Positions 47,484 to 57,329 of a stretch of DNA of 64,000 nucleotides are shown here, one piece after another; the stretch's first letter is position 1, and every line of letters begins with the position of its first letter. The stretch covers positions 1-64,000 of the IMG/VR virus record IMGVR_UViG_3300033067_001302. One strand, written 5' to 3'. Position numbers and translations under genes: made by a program. Source of the DNA: a virus. Taxonomy: Duplodnaviria > Caudoviricetes. Below the pieces are notes generated by a model. It saw only the letters and a list, made by a program, of their open reading frames with translations. It was not told where the DNA came from and did no database searches.

Positions 47484-50483
47484 TCATCCTTGGGAAAAGT
47501 TGCCCCTGTTGGTAATTACGAAGTCCACCGAGAGGAATTCGAGTGTCTTCGTTGGGATGATGAAGACCTTGCCCCTGATCGTCTTGTTTTCCAAGTCGGC
47601 CTGGGTTGTGGTTGAGGTGTCAATTGCGACCTTGAATCCATCAAGTCCCCTCTGGTCCTGAATCTTCTTCAGGATTGGAGTTACCTGCTGGTTAAACCTT
47701 GCGATTGTGGCCTCACGAGACTGCTCGAAGAGCATCTTGTTTGCGACCTTGCGAACCTCACGGCGCACTGCAATCAAGAGCCTACGAACGTTCACGCGAT
47801 CCATGGAGCTCTGGCGAGCAAGGACAGTCTTCTGGCCCCACACAACCGGTCCTGTGCTTCCTGGGAAGGACACAATTGGGTTGATGTTGACAGCGTAAAG
47901 AGCGTCCATGTTTGCCTTGGACAGGCGAACCACAGGCTCCACAGACGACTCAAGAGCGCCTCTGGTGAAACCGGCAGGAGCGAACCATGGGTAACCCACA
48001 GCGTCGTTCTTGCTGAATGCCCCAAGAACACCAACCGTTGGAGGAACACGGACCGTATCACGGTTGTATCCATCCTTCATGGTCAGGTCAGGGAAATATG
48101 CTGCTGCAAACGAGCTGTTCAATCCACGACCCGAGAAGTTCGTAATCGTGTTGTTCACGCTCACACGCTGCGAAGAACCGGAGACAACGAGGTTGTCAAT
48201 GTCCCTCTCTTCAATGTCCATGAGGTAAAGAGCGTCGAAACGATCTTCCACGGAGCGGATTGCCAAGTCCGTAACGTAGCGCTGACGAACTCCAGGCATT
48301 GCCAAGAGTTGGATGTCAACTTCCGTCGAATCCTGCATGATCGACAGAGCCTTGGTGAAGGACGAAACCGTAGGACCCGAGGACAAACCACGAGCTGTGT
48401 AGGTCATCTCTTCTGCAAGAGCCTTGTTTGTAAGCTGTGCTGCATCTGCATCGAAGATGCGGACGCCATCAAAGCCACCCTGAAGGGTAAAGGAGAACTT
48501 GGCAAGAGCACGAGCTCCTGGGTCCAGGAGATCCGACACTGTCAGGGCCTTGGTCAAAGCCGTGGTGTTTGTGGCGATTCCACCAGCACGGGTGTAGGTC
48601 CAGTTCTCCGGCTTGGTTCCATCGGCAATTCCGCTTGCGGAAACGTATGGAACAGTCAGGTTCTCCAAGGTGAACAGGTTGTTGTTGAACCTGTCAGCAT
48701 CGAGAATTCCGTTTTCTGCTGTGTCAGCAACTCCCTCATTTGCAGAAACAAGGACATTTTGCCAAACAGTCTGGAATGTTGGGAAATACTTCGAGTACGA
48801 CTTGATAGAGTCGTTTGCCACGTAGCTGGAGTTTGGATCGGTTGCCGACTCTTGACGCTCGAACTGAACACCCCAGTAGAGGTTCTTGTCCGAAGTCTGA
48901 GTTGGGCTAGTTCCCCTTGTCAACACCAAGCGGAATGGTACAGGTGGCTGCACAAGCTTGTAGAATGGGTTCGACGAGCTGTAACCAGCCGAATCCGAGA
49001 ATGCTGGCATTGGAGCCGTTCCCGAGGTGATGAGGTGAGGGTAACCCCTGAAACCCATTGGAAGGGCTGTCTCAGGAGCTTCTCCATTTGTCACGTCGTC
49101 GGAAATCTGGACACGGATGTACTTCGAGCGGATTGGGTAATCACCCGTCTGATTCAACTTCTGCTTCCCAAGGGTTGCGTCGAAGTTGTAGAACAACCTT
49201 GCGTCACCGATGATCTTGCCGATGTACCTTGGGCTTCCAACGTCGAGGCTCAAAGCTCTCCATGCTTCAAGAACAACCTTGTTGTTGTCCGAGTCGTTGA
49301 AATCTCGAACAAGGAGGTCGAAGGTGCCGAACTGCGTTGTGTCGGAGTTCGATGGCTGGATGTTCTCGATGGAAATCTTCAGCTTGGCATTTGGCTCTTC
49401 GCCGTCGCCGGATGCCCAAACCTGGAAGAGGTTGATTGGACGACCACCGAACTTCTGCGAGATGACCCAGGTCGACTTGGCTGTAGCAAAGCGATCCTCG
49501 AATCCTTCGAAGTTTGGAGCCGTGGTTGTTCCGCTGTTCCTTGTCTGCGAACCAGTCAAGATGAATGCGCAACGCTCACGGTATCCGTTACCTGCGGCTG
49601 CACCGGATGCTGCAACAACGATTCCAGAACCCGTCACAACAGCGATTGCTGGGTGAATGTCGTGGTGGCTGTAGAGAACGTAACCGGCACGCTCAAGGAG
49701 AAGTGGGTCCTTGTTGAAGGTCTTTGCAAAGTAGTTTGGAGCAGAAGGATCAAACGAAGCCGTGATCACGTTGCTGTAAGCCGAGTCCGTTGCCTTGTGC
49801 CCATTCAGGAACATGACAAACTCTTGCTTGCCGGAACCAAGGTTCACAGCTCCAGAGATGGCTCCCTTGATGTTTGCAGCCGTTGCAGCAGCCGTCGTAG
49901 ACGGAGCTGTAGAGGTAGTGTTGTAGGAGCTGGAAAGAGTCAGAACCACGCCAGAAGCAGCCATCAGGACGCCACGGATGACAGGAACTCCCTGCGCAGA
50001 CAGTCCAGCATCGGTGAAGACTGTCGAGCCGTTAGACTGCGACATGAATGCTCCCAGAAAGTAAGTCCTTCCGAGAGGTCCTGTGGTGTTTGCAAAGGCG
50101 TTGCTTCCGAGATTTCCTGAAAGCGTTGCTTGTGGCTGCTCATCTCCAACCACGAAACCTGCATTTGTTACCTTGCCAGCGTTGTTGCCCGAAGAAGTTC
50201 TCTTTTGGCCGTCCCCAGCACCAAGGACGCGCATGTAGGTAATTGCTTGTGCATTCCTGAGCCACTCGTTTGCTGCCAGAGGGCCTGCACGGAAAGTGAT
50301 TGTAGGTGCTCCGAAGCGCACCACAAAGTCCTTCATTCCAGGGAGGGTTACTGGCACAAAGGCAGGCCCCTTCGATGCAGGAGCAATCACTCCAGCAGGA
50401 ATTCCGACTGGTTCATTGGCCGTTGGTCCCGTCAGGTCGATTTCTCGGGTTGTTACGCCAGCGCTCTTAAATCCTTGTGCCAT
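47484..50483 (-). CDS. tail sheath protein, copy 2
   Basis: FKSAGVTTREID, KGPAFVP, PWFAPAGFTRG, RVNVRRL, TKTLEFLSVDF. Confidence 0.93.
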   Translation of the reverse strand: MAQGFKSAGVTTREIDLTGPTANEPVGIPAGVIAPASKGPAFVPVTLPGMKDFVVRFGAPTITFRAGPLAANEWLRNAQAITYMRVLGAGDGQKRTSSGNNAGKVTNAGFVVGDEQPQATLSGNLGSNAFANTTGPLGRTYFLGAFMSQSNGSTVFTDAGLSAQGVPVIRGVLMAASGVVLTLSSSYNTTSTAPSTTAAATAANIKGAISGAVNLGSGKQEFVMFLNGHKATDSAYSNVITASFDPSAPNYFAKTFNKDPLLLERAGYVLYSHHDIHPAIAVVTGSGIVVAASGAAAGNGYRERCAFILTGSQTRNSGTTTAPNFEGFEDRFATAKSTWVISQKFGGRPINLFQVWASGDGEEPNAKLKISIENIQPSNSDTTQFGTFDLLVRDFNDSDNNKVVLEAWRALSLDVGSPRYIGKIIGDARLFYNFDATLGKQKLNQTGDYPIRSKYIRVQISDDVTNGEAPETALPMGFRGYPHLITSGTAPMPAFSDSAGYSSSNPFYKLVQPPVPFRLVLTRGTSPTQTSDKNLYWGVQFERQESATDPNSSYVANDSIKSYSKYFPTFQTVWQNVLVSANEGVADTAENGILDADRFNNNLFTLENLTVPYVSASGIADGTKPENWTYTRAGGIATNTTALTKALTVSDLLDPGARALAKFSFTLQGGFDGVRIFDADAAQLTNKALAEEMTYTARGLSSGPTVSSFTKALSIMQDSTEVDIQLLAMPGVRQRYVTDLAIRSVEDRFDALYLMDIEERDIDNLVVSGSSQRVSVNNTITNFSGRGLNSSFAAAYFPDLTMKDGYNRDTVRVPPTVGVLGAFSKNDAVGYPWFAPAGFTRGALESSVEPVVRLSKANMDALYAVNINPIVSFPGSTGPVVWGQKTVLARQSSMDRVNVRRLLIAVRREVRKVANKMLFEQSREATIARFNQQVTPILKKIQDQRGLDGFKVAIDTSTTTQADLENKTIRGKVFIIPTKTLEFLSVDFVITNRGNFSQG

Positions 50484-50551
50484 GATGCTTTTCCCTTAGA
50501 CAGCTATTCCGTAAGTATGCCCGTGTGGACTGTTCAGGTCCCTGTTGTTTG

Positions 50552-53500
50552 TCAGACGAACTGAACGCCACTTGGCGAAACGATGAAGTCAAGCGCAATG
50601 AACTCAACTGCAAGGGTTGGGAGCAAGCGGATTTGAACGTTCATCTGGTTGGAGTCGAGATCGACTTGGGTGTTGTTGCTGTCGTCGCAAATCACGACGA
50701 AAGCCTGGAGTCCACCCTTTGCCTGGATGCTCGACAAAACAGCGTTGTACTGCTTCACAAGCTCCGTGCGGAGGGAGACTGTCATGTTCTCAAACATGAG
50801 CTTGTTTCCGATTTCAACGATGCTCCTCTTGGCCTCAAGGATCATTCTCTTGACATTCGTAGAGGTCAAAGAGGACTTTCCTTGCTTGAGGGTCATCTGG
50901 CTTGGAATCACGAAACCAGCTTGTGGGTACCTCACGATTGGATTGATTCTTGCCGCAATCAGACGATCGCGCTCTGGCTGGTTCAGCCTTACTGTGGTTC
51001 CCTTGACAAAGCCAAGAGCAGCACGGTTGAATCCGGCAGGAGCAAACCATGGGTAGCCAACCCTGTCGTTGTAACCGAAAGCCGACAAGGTCACAGCGCT
51101 TGCGGGAACAATGACATTTCTGCCATTTGTTGTGTCCTCAATCGTTGTGTTTGGGAAAGCTGCGGTTACTGCATCGTTGTCGATTGCACGAGCATCGAAC
51201 ACATCCTTGGTTTCGTCCGAATCAGTGTAACGACCGCTGTCTCCATCGAAGATGCGGGTTCCATTGAAGTCGTAGTAAGGGATGTCCACGATGTACATGG
51301 ACAGGGTGTGCTCAGCCGTCTTCGTAGCAGCATCGTCGGTGACGAATGGTTCACGGATTCCTGGGATCACCAGAATGTTGTGCTGGGAAATCAAAGGGTC
51401 TGTGATGATCTTCACTGCCGTCTGGTAAGAGAAGATCGAAGCGTTGGTCTTTCCTGTTCCCGTAAGGTTCGAGGAGAATCCTGGGGACGTGAAGCTGCCA
51501 TTTGCACCACCGCCACTCTCTGTAGAGGTAGCCTTGTCGTTCAAACGAGCAGCGTTCTTGTCCAAGATGTTGACTCCATCAAATCCACCAGCCATCACAG
51601 TCGTGAACTTGGCGTAATCCGAGAACTGGTTGAACACAGCAGCCGTGGAACCCTTCATCAGAAGAGTTGCCAAGGTCACACGAGCTCCATTTGTGTCGGT
51701 AACGGTGTAATCCGATGGATCGACCGTTCCATTACGGATGTAAGCCGTTTCCTTCATGTGCGTCTCTGCCGAAGCCGTAACGTCAGCGAGAGTGATGTTG
51801 GAAAGGCACACACGGGCAAGCGTGAACTTGTTGTCGTTGAAGGTGTCGGCCTTGGAGCCGGTCACCAACACGTCGAGCTTCTCAATTCCGTGGAACTTCG
51901 TCAAAGCACCCACCAAGGCGTTTGGCTCGTTCGAGATGTTTGGGTTCAGGACGTTCACATTGCGCTCACCCTTGACACCCCAGAAGTACCTGGAATCCAC
52001 AACCTCGTTGGCTCCAGGTTGACCCTCAAAGCCAGCAGAAGCAGAAACCTCACCCCTTGTCACCTTGAAGCGGAAAGGAAGTGGAGGAAGCATTGCCGAG
52101 AGCAGACGGTCATCTGTCGTGCCGGAAGCTGCCAGACGGATGAAGGAACCAGAGATTCCACCAACTGGCAAACCATCGTTTCCAGTATGGGAGGTGTTCA
52201 GGAAGCTGAAACCACGGAATCCGAATGGAAGAGCATTTCCAGGAATTGTCTTCCTGGTGACTTGGTCAGACATAACCACACGAATGAGCTTCGAGCGGTT
52301 TGGGTTCTGGCCTTCCTTCACCAAACGGCGGTCCTCTGGGTCGAGGGTATCAAAGGTGTAGGAAACCTTGATATCACCAATGACCTTGGCGATGTAGTTG
52401 TCAGCGTCAGGGTCAAGGCTGACGTTGTTGTACTGCTCGATCACCATTGGCTCAATGTCCGTGTCATCGAAGGCACGAACAAGGACAGTGAAGGTTCCAA
52501 AGAGGTACTTCGGATCGCTCGAAGCTCTCAGGTTGGCAATCGAAATCTTGTATTTTTGGTTGGCGTAAGCACCGTCGTCCAGGGACTCAAAGTAGAAGAG
52601 GTTGTACTCTGTTGCCCCGAAAGGTTGAGAGATGAACCAAGTCGTCTTTGGTGTCGTGAACCTTGTGTCAAAGCGTCCGAAGGCATCCCTGAGAGTCAGG
52701 GAAGTGTCTCCAGAGTTTGCCGAGGTGTTCGAGGAGCCAGAAACCACACCAACGCAGTTGGATGCAGTAGAAACCGTAGCAATCTCGTCGTCCACTGCAA
52801 AGTCGCAGTAAAGGACGTGGCGCTCTGTCTCAAACTTCTCAGGATCGGTGTTCAGGATCTTGGCAATGTAGTCTGGGCTCGTTGGATTCAGCGAGGCAGT
52901 CATGATCCTCACGCCAGCGTATCCATCGGTGTTTCCGAAAGACGAGCCAGAGGACGAGGAAAGGACAAGCTTGAACTTCTTGTAGGTCACGCTTGTCGAA
53001 GCCGAATCGAGCGTTGCAAAGTCGTCCAAAGCCCCAGAGAAGGTGTCCGAGGCAGACATGATCATCAAGCGGGTATCGTGAGCCGTGAAGACCATTCCAC
53101 GAACCAAGTAAACGTCCGTAGACGAACCAGTCGTGAAGAAGGACGAGTTGTCCGAGAACATTGGAAGTCCGTAGACCTCAGTTCCAGTCACAACGTGCTT
53201 TGCAACGATAAACTGCGTCGAACCCTTGTAACGAAGGTCACCAGCACCCACAGCAGAGCCGCTGATCAAGAAACCTGCATTCTTGACAATTCCCTTTGTC
53301 CTGGTGTTGTCGAACTCGGTCTGGGTGGAGTTAGCTCCACCACCAAGAACGCGAACAAATGTGGCAGCAAAGCGGTTGTCAAGCCACTTCTGCACTGCGT
53401 ATGGGGCAGCAAACTTTGGGTTCAAGTCGCCGAACTTGCTCTGGAAGTCAGCAAAAGAACCAAGGGTAACTGGCACAAAAGCTGGTCCCTTTTGCGAAGT

Positions 53501-53602
53501 ACCAACGATTGCAGCCGGAATACCAGAAGGCTCAACCGTCCTGGCAGAGAGGTCGATTTCACGGTCGTAGAACCCTGGGCTCTTGAAAATTTGGTCGCTC
53601 AT
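50552..53602 (-). CDS. tail sheath protein, copy 1
   Basis: FKSPGFYDREID, KGPAFVP, PWFAPAGFNRA, NVKRM, AVEFIALDF. Confidence 0.93.
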   Translation of the reverse strand: MSDQIFKSPGFYDREIDLSARTVEPSGIPAAIVGTSQKGPAFVPVTLGSFADFQSKFGDLNPKFAAPYAVQKWLDNRFAATFVRVLGGGANSTQTEFDNTRTKGIVKNAGFLISGSAVGAGDLRYKGSTQFIVAKHVVTGTEVYGLPMFSDNSSFFTTGSSTDVYLVRGMVFTAHDTRLMIMSASDTFSGALDDFATLDSASTSVTYKKFKLVLSSSSGSSFGNTDGYAGVRIMTASLNPTSPDYIAKILNTDPEKFETERHVLYCDFAVDDEIATVSTASNCVGVVSGSSNTSANSGDTSLTLRDAFGRFDTRFTTPKTTWFISQPFGATEYNLFYFESLDDGAYANQKYKISIANLRASSDPKYLFGTFTVLVRAFDDTDIEPMVIEQYNNVSLDPDADNYIAKVIGDIKVSYTFDTLDPEDRRLVKEGQNPNRSKLIRVVMSDQVTRKTIPGNALPFGFRGFSFLNTSHTGNDGLPVGGISGSFIRLAASGTTDDRLLSAMLPPLPFRFKVTRGEVSASAGFEGQPGANEVVDSRYFWGVKGERNVNVLNPNISNEPNALVGALTKFHGIEKLDVLVTGSKADTFNDNKFTLARVCLSNITLADVTASAETHMKETAYIRNGTVDPSDYTVTDTNGARVTLATLLMKGSTAAVFNQFSDYAKFTTVMAGGFDGVNILDKNAARLNDKATSTESGGGANGSFTSPGFSSNLTGTGKTNASIFSYQTAVKIITDPLISQHNILVIPGIREPFVTDDAATKTAEHTLSMYIVDIPYYDFNGTRIFDGDSGRYTDSDETKDVFDARAIDNDAVTAAFPNTTIEDTTNGRNVIVPASAVTLSAFGYNDRVGYPWFAPAGFNRAALGFVKGTTVRLNQPERDRLIAARINPIVRYPQAGFVIPSQMTLKQGKSSLTSTNVKRMILEAKRSIVEIGNKLMFENMTVSLRTELVKQYNAVLSSIQAKGGLQAFVVICDDSNNTQVDLDSNQMNVQIRLLPTLAVEFIALDFIVSPSGVQFV

Positions 53603-53704
53603 TATGTCCCTCGTCTAACTTCTGCCACGGAACGCAGCAATCAGTTCAGATTGTCTTGCGATAATTAGGGTCCAATATCCACGATTCCGACTTGGAGTCA
53701 GGCT

Positions 53705-54925
53705 TCATTTCCCTTGGATTGCGAGGATGAACTCGTCGAGGGTCTCAAACCCATCGGCGTAGTACACTGTTTCGCCTTGCTTTTGGTTGCTTCCCAGGAT
53801 GCTGGCCTTTTTTACGGCCATCTTGCCAGTAAGAGGATTGGCTACCTTCTTCTCGACAATGAATCTCTGGTCCGAAGTCAAAGTTTGAGCATCCTCAACC
53901 CTTTCTTCGATATCTGACAGGGCATACGGCTCACCTGGGAGATTGGGTCCTTGGGGGCTTACAACCTTTCCTGTCGGGATCACTGTCTCAAAGGAGATTT
54001 CCACAGCAGAGATTGTTCTCCTGACAGGAACAGGCATTCCAGGCCCGTTGGAGGCCAAGAGGAAGGCTTTCACAGTCATTTGGAAGGTGTAGCGGATAAC
54101 CTTCTTGTCCTCGGTGAACTCTTCAAAGTTGTCAGCCGAGGTAACCTCATCGGAGATTTCGCCAATGAACCAATATCCCTTTGGGGTGTTCAAGCGAAAC
54201 ATCTTTCCTTGAGGAAGCTGTGCGCTCAAGAGAGTCGTGACCATGTAGTTCATGTGGACAGAGTAAGATGACCAAAAGGTAATCTCATACGTGGCCGTGT
54301 AGAACTGTGGCTGTGGGATAGTGATGACTTCCCAAACGTTGTTGCCAAGCTTCGGATCGAGAAGAGCTCCTTCCCTAACAGCTTCATCAACAATTGGACC
54401 GTTCTGACCTTGGTCTCTGGTGGAACTTGGTCCATTTGGGTTCAAGTCAGTCAAGGCAAGCTTGTTGATAAGGTTCTGGTAGTCCCTATCCTCCGAAGCA
54501 AGCCTTCTCTTGATCACCAAGTCTCCGGTAAACTGATTCATACCCCTGGAGGTTAGATCGTCGGGAGTTTGGGTGATTGACTTCCTGCGAATGGCAATAG
54601 CAGGAAGAATCAACTGGTGATCCTTCTTGGTCCTGATTGGACGAAGCTTCTTGACAAGAGCGAATCTTTCCCCTCCCGCCAGAATGACAAGAGGTTTGTT
54701 GACTTGCTCAACAGAGGACTCCCCATCGGAGATGCTTTGAGCTGCAAACCCAATTTCCCTGTCGAATAGTGCATGGACTGCCACATCCACATCTTCAATG
54801 TCACATGAAGGAATGGTGTAGTCTGTAGGACTTGAGCCCTCGTAACCTGTAGGAAGATGCTCTACCGGGTTTCTTGGGTCACGCTCAATGTTCCAGCGAG
54901 TAGAATTCTTCCCGGATGGTGCCAT
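53705..54925 (-). CDS. tail completion / sheath stabilizer-like protein
   Basis: IEDVDVAV, LILPAIAIRR, PQPQFYTATYEITFW; located between neck and sheath genes. Confidence 0.6.
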   Translation of the reverse strand: MAPSGKNSTRWNIERDPRNPVEHLPTGYEGSSPTDYTIPSCDIEDVDVAVHALFDREIGFAAQSISDGESSVEQVNKPLVILAGGERFALVKKLRPIRTKKDHQLILPAIAIRRKSITQTPDDLTSRGMNQFTGDLVIKRRLASEDRDYQNLINKLALTDLNPNGPSSTRDQGQNGPIVDEAVREGALLDPKLGNNVWEVITIPQPQFYTATYEITFWSSYSVHMNYMVTTLLSAQLPQGKMFRLNTPKGYWFIGEISDEVTSADNFEEFTEDKKVIRYTFQMTVKAFLLASNGPGMPVPVRRTISAVEISFETVIPTGKVVSPQGPNLPGEPYALSDIEERVEDAQTLTSDQRFIVEKKVANPLTGKMAVKKASILGSNQKQGETVYYADGFETLDEFILAIQGK

Positions 54926-54939
54926 GCTGGTAATTATGC

Positions 54940-55632
54940 CTAAGTAGCATAGTGGGAAGCATAGACATCTTCGGTATACCCGGAATCAAGCAGCACCACA
55001 CGCTGATCCGGCGTCTTGCCCCAGTGGTCTAGAAGTTGCAAGTCAGCAGGGATCAAGTCAGGGCGATTTGCCAGAGCGGTGAAGAGTCTTCCGATGAATG
55101 GAAGATATTCAATTCCCCGGACTGACATTCCTGGCATTGGATGCCGTGCACGCTTATCAGCTTCAATTTGGGCCTTTACTGTTACATCAAAGGCTCGTCC
55201 AACATCGCCCAACGAGCTGTAGTGACCAAGGAACTTGTACATGAAGTTCCAAGGAACCTGTGTGAGCTGTTCGAACTCCTTTTGATTTTTGAGCGGACGT
55301 ACCAGCTCCGACACCATCCAGGCATCGTTTTGTCCCATCTTGTAAATCCTCGTAACCAAAGGAGCCACACCGGGATTCTGAGCTAGTTCGTACTCTGCTC
55401 TGTTCTGAGCGAGGCCCTTCTCATTCTTAGCGATCTTCAAAGCCCTCTTGCTGTCAAGAAGAAAGGCAGCACGAGACGAACCCTCTCCAAGCAATGGAAG
55501 CTTACCCGCAACGGTAAGGATCATTTGCTCTGGGCTGTCCATCTTGTCGAACATCTCTGGGTTGAACTTTGCCTCTTCAAGCTCTTGAGACTCAAGAAGC
55601 CAGAAGTCCAGGACAGATTTCAGGTTATTCAT
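54940..55632 (-). CDS. divergent protein-kinase-like protein, paralog of 42114..42818
   Basis: LLGEGSSRAAF, ALKIAKN, AQNRAE, DLQLLDHWG, VLLDSG. Confidence 0.72.
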   Translation of the reverse strand: MNNLKSVLDFWLLESQELEEAKFNPEMFDKMDSPEQMILTVAGKLPLLGEGSSRAAFLLDSKRALKIAKNEKGLAQNRAEYELAQNPGVAPLVTRIYKMGQNDAWMVSELVRPLKNQKEFEQLTQVPWNFMYKFLGHYSSLGDVGRAFDVTVKAQIEADKRARHPMPGMSVRGIEYLPFIGRLFTALANRPDLIPADLQLLDHWGKTPDQRVVLLDSGYTEDVYASHYAT

Positions 55633-56281
55633 CGTACAGTGTATTCGCTTTCAGGGTTGGGTCTACATCAACTCGCCTTGGACCATCTCCAAGGGCAGGG
55701 GCAGGAAGGTCATCTCCAAGACGTTCACGAACATCACGGATATCACCTGTCGGACCGTCGCTGTTCTCTGCAATTCCCCTCTGCTGCTCAAATGGAGTTG
55801 GCGGGGTCGTCTCTTCAACTGGCTTGAAGAACTTCTGAGGGTTGAACTCTCCTGGACGGGCAAGCTTCCCGATAACCTTGTAGGCAACATCGTGCTCAAC
55901 CTGCCCAAAGAAGTTGTTCATGTTCAGGTAAGAGACAATCTCGTAAGCGTTATCGCCATAAGTGAAGAAGTCTCCCTCCGAAAGCTCAAGACCCTTTTGA
56001 GCCAAGTCTCTGGCTTGGAGGAACACCTCAAGTGTGTTCTGTTGCTCAGGTCCAAAGGTGGTCATCTTCGTCTCCCACTGGGGCTGTCCAACCAGGGCAT
56101 CGACCTTGATTGGGTTTTCGAAGATTTTCTTCACGGCCTCATTGTACACAGGGTGAATCTTCGTCTTCAGGGTCGAGACAGGCCAGTAGATGATGGCTTG
56201 GCCGACAATGTCCTTGATGAACTCCTTGCCGAGGTCATTGAAGTAGTCGATCTCTTTTTGGGTTACGAACAGCCGTGGCAT
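55625..56281 (-). CDS. neck / head-completion protein (gp14-like)
   Basis: IIYWPVS.LKTKIHPVYNEA, GDFFTYGDNAYEI; located in the neck position. Confidence 0.7.
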   Translation of the reverse strand: MPRLFVTQKEIDYFNDLGKEFIKDIVGQAIIYWPVSTLKTKIHPVYNEAVKKIFENPIKVDALVGQPQWETKMTTFGPEQQNTLEVFLQARDLAQKGLELSEGDFFTYGDNAYEIVSYLNMNNFFGQVEHDVAYKVIGKLARPGEFNPQKFFKPVEETTPPTPFEQQRGIAENSDGPTGDIRDVRERLGDDLPAPALGDGPRRVDVDPTLKANTLYDE

Positions 56282-57273
56282 CTTATTTCTCCTATATCTC
56301 CCCTTCTCTCCTCTTCCTGGTTATCCTCCACTATGAGAAGAGGTTTCAGGAGAACATTTTCCTTAAATAGAATCCACCCCTTGTGGGATTTGATCTTGCC
56401 GGATAGAAGCGAATAGAGGTTCTGCTTTTGCAAACCGTGCGTTTTAGCAAAAGTAGGAATATGGGAAATATTGCGGTAAACAGTTCCGTCTGGTGCCTGC
56501 ACTGAACCATACGTTTTTACGGGCTGAGAGCTATTTCTTTTGACAATATTCTCTCGTCCATGAGCCTGCATCTTCGCTTTGAACTCAGGCTCCAAGGCAA
56601 GTCTGCCTCGGTATGTCTCCGCTCTTTTTCTAACTGATTCCTCGGTATTCAAAGACTTGATTGCGGCTTCTTTGACTTCTGGGTCACTCATCCGGTTCTT
56701 CATCCAAAGAGACATGGTTTCTTGGTGCTCGGGATCATTCCAAATGGTTTGAGCACGCTTGGAGGCCGTTGCTTTACCCTCTTCTGTATTCCAGAACCTC
56801 TTTGCCTTTTCTGCAAGAGTAGACCGATATACCTCATTCTCCCAAACCTTCTTCATCGAATCACTTTTCTTCGCCTTGGTCTCCTCGGGGGTGTTGGAAT
56901 AACAGCTACGTTCCAATGCTTCTGTTTTTTCCTTGAAGTTGTAGCAAACACGGGAGCCATCGGGAAGAAGAGCATGGTAAATGCTACCAATGTACTCCTC
57001 CTCCCTCTTGTTGCGTTCTTCCTTGGTAGATCCTTCCAGCACCTCTAGGACATGAAACTCAAGGAAATCATCATGACCCAACGCTTCCTTGCACTTGTTG
57101 AAGTCGGCTTGGAGAAATTTGTTCTGGTGTTTGCCCTTCAAAAGTGAGGACGCATGGCTGCGCCACCGACTCTTAAACTCTTTGGCTTGACCAATGTATT
57201 GGCGACCTGTGTGAATATTGAGAATCCTGTAGATTCCTGAAGCTTTCGAGTGCCCACCGTAGATTAATTTCAT
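56263..57273 (-). mobile_element. GIY-YIG homing endonuclease
   Basis: SGIYRILNIHTGRQYIGQAKEFKSRW..H; NUMOD1-like C-terminus (HGLQKQNL...HKGW). Confidence 0.9.
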
Positions 57274-57329
57274 AACTACACCATTCCTTTGAGAGGTAGC
57301 ATAGTTCAAAGGGGGACGTTTTGCAGCCC

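Noticed and set aside
50525-53668. Very long plus-strand ORFs (1047 aa here; also 15550..17808, 48309..50120, 61567..63174, 22069..23253)
   Set aside because: They lie exactly antisense to well-supported genes and have no recognisable motifs. Codon bias of highly expressed genes depletes antisense stops.
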